Shown here one piece after another: positions 38,923 to 50,991 of a stretch of DNA of 64,000 bases. Location: contig CP068257.2 of NCBI GenBank assembly GCA_009914755.4, positions 26,656,001-26,720,000 of the forward strand. The letters run 5' to 3'. Every line of letters starts with the position of its first letter. Position 1 is the first letter of the stretch. Below the pieces are notes generated by a model. That model did not search any database. It had not been told where the DNA came from and was given only the letters and a program-made list of their open reading frames with translations. The DNA is from the human T2T-CHM13v2.0 reference genome, Homo sapiens. Made by a program: the position numbers and the translations under genes.

Positions 38923-41099
38923 CCAATGGTGGGGTTAAAGAAGAGGTGAAGAGAAGCTAAATGCCTCGTGTTTCTAGTTCAATCATATTAGCTTCATGTT
39001 TATTTGTTTTATAATTGTTGTTTATTGTATTTGATATCAGATTTTCCCCGACAAAAGAAAAAAGAGTTCTAAATCATCAACTAGCACCCCTGAAGAAACA
39101 GAATGTCAAAAGCATCTAAATACTAAATAATTTATGTTTCCTACTCAAATATTACTGATTTTCCTTCATGCCACCATTTTTATGCATTGTTTGACATTTT
39201 ATTTTAAAATAAATTTTAAACTCACAGGAAGGTTTTTAAATAGTTACATAAAACTCACACTCATAGCTATATTCAACAACTATCAACATTTTGCCAAAAT
39301 TTCTCACACATACTCTATTTCTATTCCTCTTCTCCCTTCCCTCTCTCTTTACACATATAAAATAATATAGACACAGAAATCTAAATCTTTGGGATTAAAT
39401 GCAGATATCGTACTTCCATATCTCCTAAATACTTAAACATGTATTACAGCAAAACAAAGGCATTCTCTCTTTAATCACCTTCACAACATTTTTTGAACTT
39501 TCTTTTTTCTTTCTGTACTTCTTGCCCATAACTTATCTTGATTGCATTTGGTTACTTTTTTCATATTCATAAATACATACTAGTATTCTGAATGAGATAA
39601 GCTAGGTAGAAAGGGGAAAGACTGTTGTTTCTAGAAGAAACTGTTGAATTCAGTTGCCATGGTGGGATTATGAAAACGGTTTTGATAAAAATTCAAGCAG
39701 AAATAAACATGCATGATCTTCTCCATTTAGAATTGTACAAAAAGCCATGTATACTGTCTGCTTTGAGATGAAACAATAGTCTTGTGCATTGTCATGTCAA
39801 ACACAAATAACTCTTTATTCTATTTTGTTTTTCTTGTTTTGCCTTGTAGTCCTGCATGAAAGATATCCAAAAACTGATCTTCACTGAAAAACAACACTAA
39901 AATCAAGCAGAAGATTGCTTTTGGCAAAACATATTGAGCTGGTAAAACACTAATTAGTATATTTGAGTCTAGGCCTCAGGACATTTTCTTCAAATGTTTT
40001 CATTTTTATTCATAATTTATAATGTAATTCTCTTTTATTTTGAAATACACACTTGTTTTGGAGGAAAACTCTGGCAATATACCAAGGAAGAAGTTATATC
40101 TAAATGATTTAAATAGTGTTTGCTAAGCATCTTTGGTAACTGTTTTTCTCCCTTAGAACTATAAAATCTAACAAACATAATTTATGGAGATGTTTAGTCT
40201 TGAACAGAGATGTTATAGTTTTGAACCGGATTAAATTTCAAAAGTACCTTTCTATATCTTGAGACTTTTTGGTAATATAAATCAAAATAAAACATCCATA
40301 AAACATAAAATTCTGTTTCTTTCATCTCTTAAGTTTCTGTGCTCTAATAAACTGTTAGGGGTGTTTGTACACCAACTGTACACACATTTACTCATGGATA
40401 CAATGAGAAGCTGAGAATTTTTGAGTTGCACAATTAGGATGCAAGAAGATTCTTCAAATACTTCGTCATAGTCCAAAGACTGAGGAATGCATACTATCTC
40501 AAAGAGAAAAAATAAATAAGGCTCACTTATCTTTCAAATTAGATTGACAGGCTATTAGCATAAGTAAAATTGTGTCATATTAATTATTGATCTGTAGGAT
40601 GTTGGAGATTGTGCTAGAAAACTTAATGTGAGGACATGATACTCTTACTCACGCCTGGAGAGTTAGCAGTAATGTTAGTGTTATCCTGGCCAACTCTGTC
40701 TTTTTTCATCCTAAATCATTTTCCCATCAACCACTGATGAGAAATTCTGCTAATGAAGACATATTCCTTTGTGTAAAACCCACACATGAACGAGATCATG
40801 ATTTTTATGCAATCAGTATTAGTCACCACAGAATAGTCTTGCAATAAATGTTGTTTAAATGTTTCTGAATATAGAAAAAAGAGACAAAAGTCAGTAAGCA
40901 GATGACGAAGTCCTACTTATAGAGACTAAACCTTTTGGGCTTCATGATGGCGTTTCTGCCTTATAGAGTTATTATGTGAAGCTACTCCAACGTAAAGGAA
41001 TACAAAAATTAACACATCACATAGAACATGGTATGTCCTCAATAAATTGAACTGCCTTTCCCCTCACACATGTCCTTTATATCTCCCACACCAAAGTGG

Positions 41100-41510
<411 letters not shown>

Positions 41511-43523
41511 ACTTTTCTATATATGACAGTCCATATACAGTTATCATATATTGACCACTCTAAATCTAGCCTTCAGATAATCTGACTTTGTTTTTAAATA
41601 TAAATTGTGCATTGGCAAATCTAAATCTACCTTTCAAAGTACATATAGTTTTATTTTTTTAAGACACTATCTGATTATTAACAAATTTGAACAAATTTGT
41701 CATGTGGCTGAGGATGAGGGGCTGGGAGAGGGGAGTGGAACTGCCCCTACACCAGATCATTTGATAGTATTTGTGAACAAAGATCAATGTCAAGTAAAAG
41801 GACCTTTTTCTCCACCTGGTCTATAAAGGACCCACCAAGGCACCTGAAATTCCCTTGCTCCTGTGGGACACTAGGAGCTGCTGTCCTCTTTCCTACTTCA
41901 AAGCCCCCTCCACCTGTTTCCTCTGGGATAGGGGTAGAATTGCCATAATGTTAAGCAGCAAAGGAATTGTCCAAAATAATCCCCTCTTCATGTAAGGTGG
42001 CCAAAACAGGCCCAAAACTCATTGACCAGGCTGCAAGGGGGAGGTAGAAACACATGCTCTGTTATCCCTGCTCTGTGTAAATTAGGTAACCTGATGATGA
42101 AGTTAAGAGATTGGGAGCTGCCTGCATCACTACCTCTGCCCATTGGAGAGGTTGGAGCTCAAGGGAGCAGCTGCTGACTGAGAAAGAACAAATGCCCCAC
42201 TGGATTCCCCAGTAATCAGTAATTGGTATGTGAGTATTGATCCCCTCCACTGAAGCTGATTCCTGGTACGTCCAGGGGCTCTCATTCACCCAATGGATGG
42301 TCCAGTCCTGAAGGACACTACCTCCTTTCACTCCCAAATTAAGGAAGGATTAGCATTTTTCAGATATCAGAAATTTAACTCTCCTGATAGTCTCTAAGTC
42401 TATTGTTCTACTTCCAGACATTATACCTCTAATTGCCTTTTTATAAACACTCACTATTAATTAAAATGGGGGCTGTCTATAGTTGTTCAATCATTGGCCA
42501 ATTTTTTGGAGTTCTGTTAATCCTAAAGCTTCCAACAATCTCTGCTACAATATAAAAATGTTTAAATATTTTGAAGGTGGCAGTGTCTAATAAATATCTA
42601 ATAATTGATTTAGTACTTTCAGATAAATTCAATAAAATAATTCTTGCATTATGTCTACTAGAATAATTTTATTATAGTTATAATAATTCTTAAATACTAG
42701 CCTTTCGAAGGCATGTGATCTTCACATCATATTTTGTTGCTGTCTCTTCCATAACGGTATGATGTTTTAACATATTTGTGTGATAAATAAAATTTAATTT
42801 TTTAGATGAGAAAATCTGGTGTCAACATATATTTCACTGAAACAATGGCTGAAATTTCACCTGAAACAATATATTAAAATGATATCTGTTGAGTGTATCC
42901 TTTCTAAATTCAAATATTAAAACCACTATTGCAACTTGTTAAAATGTAAAAGTAACTCAGATTATAGAAAGAATTCACTAAATGATGCTCTAGTAACTTA
43001 CTAAAGACATTTTTAATGAAGTCAATCAATATTTTCACTTATCTTTATGAGAGTTCCAAAAAGCTAGCATAATGAGCTTTTCACAATATATATTTTGTTT
43101 CATTATGCATAATATCACCTTAATGTTTGTGGGAATTTAGTGTTTCAACCATTCCTCTTACTATGTGTTGCTGTTTAGAAATGTTTCTAAATTTTAAGTT
43201 AGTTAAAGATCAGTGATTTAAAAGGAGCAATTCTGCCACCTTGTGTTCTGTAAAACCAGGATAGCTGCTTGCTTCCGGGAAATCGCCAGTACTTTCTTAT
43301 CAAACTTGAAAGCTGTAACTCTGAATCAGAATTCTAGAATGATAATCAGCTGTGCCCGTCCCCCTGTTTATTTTCTTCCAAGTTTGCATGTACTGATCAT
43401 GGAAGCTGGTTACTTAAGCTGTACCTGTGCCAGAGTTAGGACTCATTCCTCAGGATTTCTACTAAGGTTTGTAAAGCCAAACAACAAAACTTTAATTGCA
43501 ACCATATGTCACTCTGTTTAAAT

Positions 43524-43529
<6 letters not shown>

Positions 43530-43568
<39 letters not shown>
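43530..43568. repeat. (TA)n microsatellite, about 19 units
   Basis: Direct read. Confidence 0.9.
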
Positions 43569-43570
<2 letters not shown>

Positions 43571-46500
43571 CAAATTTAGGATATATGTGTACATCAGAAT
43601 TACTGAAATGCTAGTTGATACTCAGCTATACAGGTTATATTATACTGTTTCAAAACAATAATAAGAACAACACAAAATAAGCTTACAATGTTTAAAAACA
43701 TACAACTTTTAAGAGGTAAGAAAAGTTGCTTGTGGTTTTTTGAAGTCAGATAATTAATAGAAGAAAACTTTCAAACTTTTGGTAAAATACAACTTTTAAT
43801 CAGAAGATTAGAAATTAAACAGAAAAGGACCTACCGCTAATAAAGAAATAATCATTAACCTATTGATGTGTCTCTTTCTTATAACGGAAAGTGCTAGGAA
43901 TACACAATACATTGTTTAAAGTTTTGCAATTTATCATTCTTCCCTAGAAAGGCAGAAGATGAAATGCCATCAAAAGCCTCAACTTCTGAGTCTGTCCTTC
44001 TCTTGTAACTTGGATTACTGAACTCTTTGTATCATCTGTTCCCTTTGTGGATTTATTTTCAAGAGAAAAATATACGTTAGTCTTCACAGGACTAAACTTT
44101 TTAAGTCTACGAAAAGGCTTCATCAGAAATTTATATACTTAGTGGTTGGAGTGAAGAGAGAGACCATCATTTTAATCAGATTCTCAAAGGCATCTATGTC
44201 CCCACCTTCCCAAAAGGATAAAAATTACCATAAAAAGTCTCTGATTTGAATTACACAACTCTATTCCCTATGAGTAAATCATAAAATTTAGGTGGCATGT
44301 TACTGCCATCTTGTGTCTAGTGAGTATCTCTTTCAGTTTCCATTAAGTGTGCTAGTTGGAGTGATCAATAAAGAAACATTCTAAATTCAACCTGTAGGAT
44401 TCTGCAGGGACTTACATGAACAAAACATGGAAAAACAATGAACTTCAAGCTATAGGTCCCTTAAAGCATTATTAGAATTATTGTCTAAAAGAGTTTTAAT
44501 AAATTATAGGGCTGCTCATGATTAAAGATTTCTCCTTAATAGTTTTAGTCTTAAACAACTCATACTTAGAGCAGGAATTAGAATTGGCAGGAATCTCATA
44601 AGAAAGGACACCTAGATAATAATTTTTCTGCAACCGAAGGCAAGGAAATATCACTAATTCATTGAGATGTTGCAATTAGTTTTTAAATCTTGGATTCTTA
44701 AGGTGAATTTCTCCAAGTTTCTGAGTATTCCACCCAACATGTGCCAAACTTCAAAACTTTCTAAAGTTTAGGCATTTCAACTTGAAAAAAAAATTTTAAA
44801 GCACAAACATAAAAGGAAAATGCTGTGATGTATTACACAAAATCAGAATAATTTTTCAGCATTGTGATTTTTAGTTATCTGGCCAAACTGTCTGTGTTGA
44901 TTTCACATACAATTTAAGAACTAAAATTGCTTTTTGAACACTTATGTATAAAAAGTGATTGTAATTCTAAAATAATCCAGAAATTTAAGAAATGGAGGAT
45001 TAGTTACAGACATCAGAAAGAAAACACAAAAGTTCCAATGCTAACCAGCCAGTCCAGCATGAACTTTTGAATATTATCAACTTCCCAACTGCATGGGAAG
45101 ATGATTGGAGAGAGCTGGCAACTGCTTTTGAGTAATAAGTATATTTTGGAGCTCAATGGAAAGAAGAACTATTAATTTTCTTTCTCACTAGTGTGACTAC
45201 AAAATTCTTAGTTGTAGAGGCATTCGCAGATATTATGAGGGTATTTCTAGCTAACAAATAATTTCTAGTTTAGAGGGAATTCAAAGTAACCCTTTGGTTA
45301 AAAGAGGATTTGGAAGCTGGTCTTGAAGCTGATTTTGAATAGCAGGGACACTGATCTGGTGACTTTGTGGGGAGAGCATCACTTAATACTGCTTTTGATA
45401 GATTGAAAACTGCTCTTTGAGAGAGGAAGAATTTGATCTCATGATATAGCACTTCAGTAAAAAAAAAAAAAGCAGAAATAAGTAGTATAAAAATAAGCAC
45501 CAATAAAGTTACCTTTTCAGGAGAAATTTTCTTCATATTATATTTTTATCTGGTTGGGGGGGTTGGGGGTTGGAGACAGATGAGTTTAATTCAAATTCTC
45601 CAACTGACAAGCATTACTCATATTATCTGGATCAACTCACGTTGTTTGAGTCTTTGATCATACAGCTGGCTTCCTAAACATGACAGGATTTCCTAAGACT
45701 CCTAAGATATACTTCTAACAGGACCCTCAGTTAAAACAAATCATGCACGTTTCCAGGATCTGTTTCTGAGCCACTCAGATTCTTCTATTAACAAGCATAT
45801 CTGAAGTCAGTGCCCTATACCCATTTTTAGACTCTCTTACCCGAGGGCAGCCTACCTCTCTGAATTGGCAGAACTATTGTTAGCATACTGCATTGTTCTG
45901 GGTTTGCCCATCTGATATGCCTATCCCAGAGGAAGAGCTGCAGGAACTGATAGAAGTTTGGAGAGCCATGTTTCCTTCCACTCCATGCTTCTTGACCAAT
46001 TAAAACAAAGCGCAGAAGCGGAAAAATCAGTAATCACATTACAAAAGAACACAGGCATAAAAATCTTTCATTTTGGACAGTGGAAACTCAATTTTGCTAT
46101 ATCTTCCTCAAAATTTGCTTAGAAATGACCACAGGAAAAAAAAAACAACAACAAAAACACAGAACCAGAAAAGACCTCATAAGGACATGTGAGGGGCTTC
46201 CGGCCAGTTTTATGTGCCCCTTGTGTCTCTGGCCACACCTGACTGAGAGCATAGATGTTCTCTTTGGCAATCTTTCCTGCTCTTTCACTCCAGTGGCAGC
46301 TGGTCTCCCCACTTCTCTTTGTGTTTACCCGATTCTATAGCTGCAGCATTCCCCCTTCTCTCACTGACATTGGCTGGACTTTGACTTGAAACTTGTTCTG
46401 TGCTTGTAGTGACCTCTGATGTTGACCTGTTACTATCTTCCACTAAAATGCTTCCCAATGAGCTTCCAGTCCCTGCTGGCACTTCTTTAGCCCTAAGGGG

Positions 46501-47464
46501 CGAGGATCCCTTCTTAATACCAGTACCTCCCTAGTATCAGCACCCTGAACACCAACCCATTACAAAAAATGATGAACTTCTCAACGACATTTCTAGCTTC
46601 CTCTCTTGAAAACTTTTGGAATGTTTTTCCAAGGGCTTGACCGGGGTACATTGACCAACACCACAAAGTGTTACAACGAGAGTACCCATTCCTCCACTCC
46701 CAGTGTTATCCTGTGGCCAGGATCAAGTCTAGGCAGCTCAGTTACTTTCCCACTCAAGATAAGCTCCCTTCTCATCCAAAGCACCTTGGAGAAATTGAAA
46801 TAACCTTTGACCCCACCCTGGGTGGAGGTGTCTTAAGCCTGCCTTCTAGATAAAAATGCTAGTTCCAGTGTTTTCTGCAACATTTCTCCTAGGGGAGTCA
46901 TTAATTTTTCATGAAGATCGTAGTGGCTTTTATTCCTAAGCTGAAATCAATAAAGTTAATATGTAAAACAAGCCTGTCCCGTGGGATATTTGTGTCACTT
47001 AAAATGCGGAACTACAAGCATGACTGGTAAAATTGGAATTTTTCCTAAATTTTTAAAGTTGAAATAAGGAGTAGTTTCTGTTTAACTATGTTTCATATTC
47101 ATTCCAAATTAGTGAAATGCACATAAATATTTTCTAAGCACTCTGTATTTTTTTAAAAAATTTCTTTTGTTGTTACTTATTTACCCCAAAATCACATTTT
47201 ATGACTTCAAATCATCTTCATTCTTTAAAGCTGTCATGGATTTGGCTCTTTCAGATTGATCTCAATATATTTCTGACTGTGGTAACGTCAAAAGCCAATA
47301 TCGATTTCTTTCAAAAAATACTGAAGAAAACACTCTCTATTCCAATAAAATAATTTTTAAAAATCATTTCTCTCTTAAACTAGTGTATTTTTAAAGAAGA
47401 ATTTAAATAAAAAGCAAGGCAAGCATTTCTACCCTTGTATATGACTACAATTCAAAAGCTTCGA

Positions 47465-47522
47465 CAAAGTTGAAATTTTCTTATTGTCATTTGTCAGAAT
47501 ATATCTTGCAAAACAGATTTAT
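47465..47522. repeat. Copy 1 of a roughly 45 to 55-bp direct repeat; the circularly permuted copy 2 is at 48668-48725
   Basis: 'caaagttgaaattttcttattgtcatttgtcagaatatatcttgcaaaacagattt' is matched by 'ttgttatttgtaagaatatatcttgcaaaacagattttcaaagttgaaatttc'. Confidence 0.7.
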
Positions 47523-48078
47523 TAGTATTTACCATCCATACGTTTAATTCTGTGTGAGAGTATGTATGTACTTTGGCAGTGCGGTGGAGTATTTGCATGC
47601 TTTAGGAATTTTTGAAAGGAAGCCCCAGGAAGCAGGATAGTTGATTTCCTTGACATAATCAGCTAAATGCCCATCATCAGCCACTTGTCTATAGATAAAG
47701 TAAGGAACCTAAGTGTGTTTTGAAGAGCATTAGAAGGGGGGAGGTACCTATCTATATTTCAATCCATATTTTTCACTGTCATATAATCCAACCCCACAAA
47801 CATATTCAATTGGTTTAATATCCATGGAGATATTTTCATAGTTCTACAACCATCCTTTGTCTTGTTCACATTTGAATTAAGCGTTTTCCTGAGTAAATTT
47901 CAAGGATAGAGTTTGAGAAATTTCAGGAACTCCTTTAGAACTGCCAAATAGAAAGTTTCTCATGTAGACAAATCATTTTTTACAATAATACAATACAGTA
48001 ATAAGAAAGAAAAATCACATAAATTACTAAAATCTATAATATCTATAATAGTAGAAAACTTGATGGTTACGAAGCAAC

Positions 48079-48380
48079 TTTTTTTTTTTTTTTTTTTGAG
48101 ACGGAGTCTCACTCTATCACCCAGACTGGAGTGTAGTGGCGCAATCTCAACTCACTGCAAACTCCGCCTCCCAGGTTCATGCCATTCTCCTGCCTCAGCC
48201 TCCTGAGTAGCTGGGACTGCAGGCGCCTGCCACCACTCTCAGCTAATTTTTTGTATTTTTTTGTAGAGATGGGGTTTTACCATGTTAGCCAGGATGGTTT
48301 TGACCTCCTGACCTCGTGATCCACCCGCCTTGGCCTCCCAAAGTGCTGGGATTACAGTCATGAGTCACCGCGCACGGCCA
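48079..48380 (-). mobile_element. AluY-like SINE, reverse orientation
   Basis: Poly-T at 48079-48097, then 'gagacggagtctcactctatcacccagactggagtgtagtggcgcaatctcaactcactgcaaactccgcctcccaggttcatgccattctcctgcctcagcctcc…ggtgactcatgac…gcgcacggcc'. No clean TSD was seen. Confidence 0.9.
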
Positions 48381-48727
48381 GCGTTTTTGAAATTAATTCA
48401 AATTTCTGAAAATCTGACCAAATGAATATTTTTCTTTCTTATATATTATACGTGTTATATACTATATATATTTAAAATGCCAGTTTGAATAATTGGCTTC
48501 TTTGCATTAGATAGACATTTAAAATAAAAAAAAGAAATTGATTAAGATAAGTAAATAAACCAGTCTTTCCGATAACGCTACAAATTTATTCTAAGTTTTA
48601 CTCAGAATAACAAATACTATTTTAAATTTGCCATACCCTTAAGCATATATAATCAATAAGTTTCTTTAAATAATTGTTATTTGTAAGAATATATCTTGCA
48701 AAACAGATTTTCAAAGTTGAAATTTCT

Positions 48728-48787
48728 AAGGCATGCAACTAGAAAATGTTTGAGGAAAACATAAGAAAATTATGCCTTGTTTCTCAA
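48728..48787. repeat. Inverted repeat with 16-bp arms and a roughly 28-bp spacer
   Basis: 'ctagaaaatgtttgag' … 'ctcaaacattttctag'. Confidence 0.75.
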
Positions 48788-49806
48788 ACATTTTCTAGTT
48801 GTTGGTTTTAGTGGGAAGTTTCATATCACATATAAAGAACTTCCTTAAAAAATAAAAAATATGCCATAACTTTGGAATCATATAATATACCCCACTTACT
48901 AACTTGAGACACATGTTTTAAAATTATATTTAGAGAAAAGAGACTTTCAATGACAATTTGATTGTGAACACAGAATTATAATCGAAACTTGGTAGCACTA
49001 TGTGGCTTTTTTTCCAGACACAATAGGTAGGGTTTTGATTTGATCACATCTCCAGGAATTCAGTGTGGCTCACACTGAAATTGTTGTGGTTCACACAAGA
49101 TTGTTGAGCACAATCTTGGATTACACTCATTGAAACCTAGAAGGGGAAATGACCAACAAGAGATTTAACAGAAAGCATACTTTGCCATATGGCTTCTAAC
49201 TGTTTGCTCTTTGAAGCTCAGTGAGAGAGATCTGAGATACCACAGCAATGTTTTTCCTTTGTCATGAAAGATTTGTCTAGGAAGACAGCAGAAGCCATGA
49301 ATTTGACATGCTAGTCAAAATACAAGAAGTTTAAGGCAACAGATGAAAAAGCAGAGGGCCTGCAGCTGTTTCAAATGAGTTCCCATGGTGCTGAGCTTCT
49401 TTCGAAGAGGGCCCTATCTCAGAATAAAGCCACAAGAGTTCTTCCTACCACTAAACAGCCCTGTAGGTTAAAACCCATGACAGCCATTCTATTGACTTAA
49501 ATTTTGATAGATCCTTATTTAAGCATCGAAGTTTAGTCAGTAATCTTTTGCATAAATGGGATATAATTAGTGATGTATGAAAATTCACTAAATAAGCTTT
49601 CCTTCTTTGGCTTATGATCCTCAGAATTAATCAATAATCTTTTGCATTTTTTGTTCTAACTCTGGGAATTTTCATGCTATTCTGAACCTTGGATGTTTAA
49701 AATGCATAATAAAATACATGAAGTCCAACCTCTCCTCAATTAAAATCTAATAAGCTTTGAAAACTCTATTTTGAGGTATCACTAGAGATCATATTTTACA
49801 AAAGAT

Positions 49807-50542
49807 TGTATTATTCTGTTCTCACCCTGCTATGAAGAAATACCCAAGGCTGGTAATTTATAAAGAAAAGAGGTTTAATTGACTCACATTTCTGCATGGC
49901 TGGCAGCGGGGTGGGGGGTCCTCAGGAAACTTACAATCATGGCGGAAGGCACCTCTTTACAGGGTTGCAGGAGATAGAATGAGTGCCAGGAGGGGAAATG
50001 CTGGATGCTCCTATGATGTGGTTTGACTGTGTCCCCACCAAAATCTCATGTTGAATTTTAGCTCCCATAACCTCCATGTGTCATGGGAGGTACCCAGTGG
50101 GAGGTAATTGAATTGTGGGGCCTGGCCTTTCCTGTCCTGTTCTCGAAATAGTGAATAAGTCTCACAAGATCTGATGGTTTTATAAAGAGGAGATTCCCTG
50201 CATGTGCTTTCTTGCCTGCCACCATGTAAGACGTACCATTGCTTCTCCTTTGCCTTCCGCTATGATTGTGAGGCCTCCCCAGCCATGCTGAACTGTGAGT
50301 CTGTTAAGCCTCTTTCCTTCATAAATTACCCAGTCTCAGGTATGTCTTTATTAGCAGTGTGAGAACAGACTAATACACTTATAAAGCCATCAGATCTCGT
50401 GAGAACTCACTATCACAAGAACAACTGGGAGAAACCTCCCCTATGATTCAATTACCTCCACTGGGTTCTTCTCACATGGGGGTGTTATGAGGATTACAAT
50501 TCAAGTTGAGATTTCGGTGGGGACATAGCCAAACGATATCAC
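49807..50542 (-). mobile_element. Older THE1/MST-like solo LTR on the minus strand, split in two (49807-50013 and 50378-50542) by a nested plus-strand THE1 LTR
   Basis: The left part is the reverse complement of the LTR 3' half ('tgtattattctgttctcaccctgctatgaagaaatacccaaggctggtaatttataaagaaaagaggtttaattgactcacatttctgcatggctgg…caatcatggcggaaggca'). The right part is the reverse complement of the LTR 5' 165 bp ('cttataaagccatcagatctcgtgagaactcactatcacaagaacaactggg…ggtggggacatagccaaacgatatcac'). The two parts are contiguous in the consensus. Confidence 0.7.
50014..50377 (+). mobile_element. THE1B-like solo LTR nested inside the older minus-strand MaLR LTR
   Basis: Starts 'tgatgtggtttgactgtgtccccaccaaaatctcatgttgaattttagctcccataacctccatgtgtcatgggaggtacccagtgggaggtaattgaat', continues '…gcctgccaccatgtaagacg…gcctccccagccatgctgaactgtgagtc' and ends '…ttattagcagtgtgagaacagactaataca'. 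Confidence 0.8.
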
Positions 50543-50663
50543 CCATAGATCACCTTTTTTTTATTCATGAGTTAATTATTTTGAGAAAAGAATCTTAGTA
50601 TATTCCTAAAATTTAGAGAAAGACTTATGTCTAAAAGAATGTCCATTAGAAAATTGTCACTGG

Positions 50664-50991
50664 GGCCAGGTGTGGTGGGTTATGTCTGTAATCCCAGCAC
50701 TTTGGGAGCCCAAGGTGGGTGGATCACTTGAGGTCAGGAGTTGGAGACCAGCCCAACCAACATGGTGAAACCCCGTCTCCACTAAAAACACAAGTGTGTT
50801 GGCAGTGTGGTGTGTTATAGGTGTGGTGGCAGACACCTGTAATCCCAGCTACTCTGGAGGCTAAGGCAGGAGAATCGCTTGAACCTGGGGCCATAGGTTG
50901 CAGTGAGCCGAGATCACGCTACTGTACTCCAGCCTGGGTGACGGAGTGAAACTCCATCTCAAAAAAAAAAAAAAGAAAAGAAAAGAAACTT
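50664..50991 (+). mobile_element. Alu SINE with an internal insertion of about 45 bp and an approximate 8-bp TSD (gtcactgg / gacactgg)
   Basis: Starts 'ggccaggtgtggtgggttatgtctgtaatcccagcactttgggagcccaaggtgggtggatcacttgaggtcaggagttggagaccagcc' and ends '…gtgagccgagatcacgctactgtactccagcctgggtgacggagtgaaactccatctc' plus poly-A. The middle carries the extra 'gtgtgttggcagtgtggtgtgttataggtgtggtggcagacacctg'. Confidence 0.85.

Noticed and set aside
48079-48380. TSD for the minus-strand AluY at 48079-48380
   Set aside because: The flanks (…acgaagcaac / agcgtttttg…) show no convincing direct repeat. I therefore report the Alu without a TSD rather than forcing one.
50014-50542. THE1 LTR followed by an inverted THE1 5' fragment, initially considered as a palindromic rearrangement or hairpin-forming duplication
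   Set aside because: The inverted fragment continues, in the consensus, the minus-strand LTR piece on the other side of the plus copy. The arrangement is therefore a simple nested insertion of two different, roughly 20-25% diverged copies, not a recent inverted duplication.
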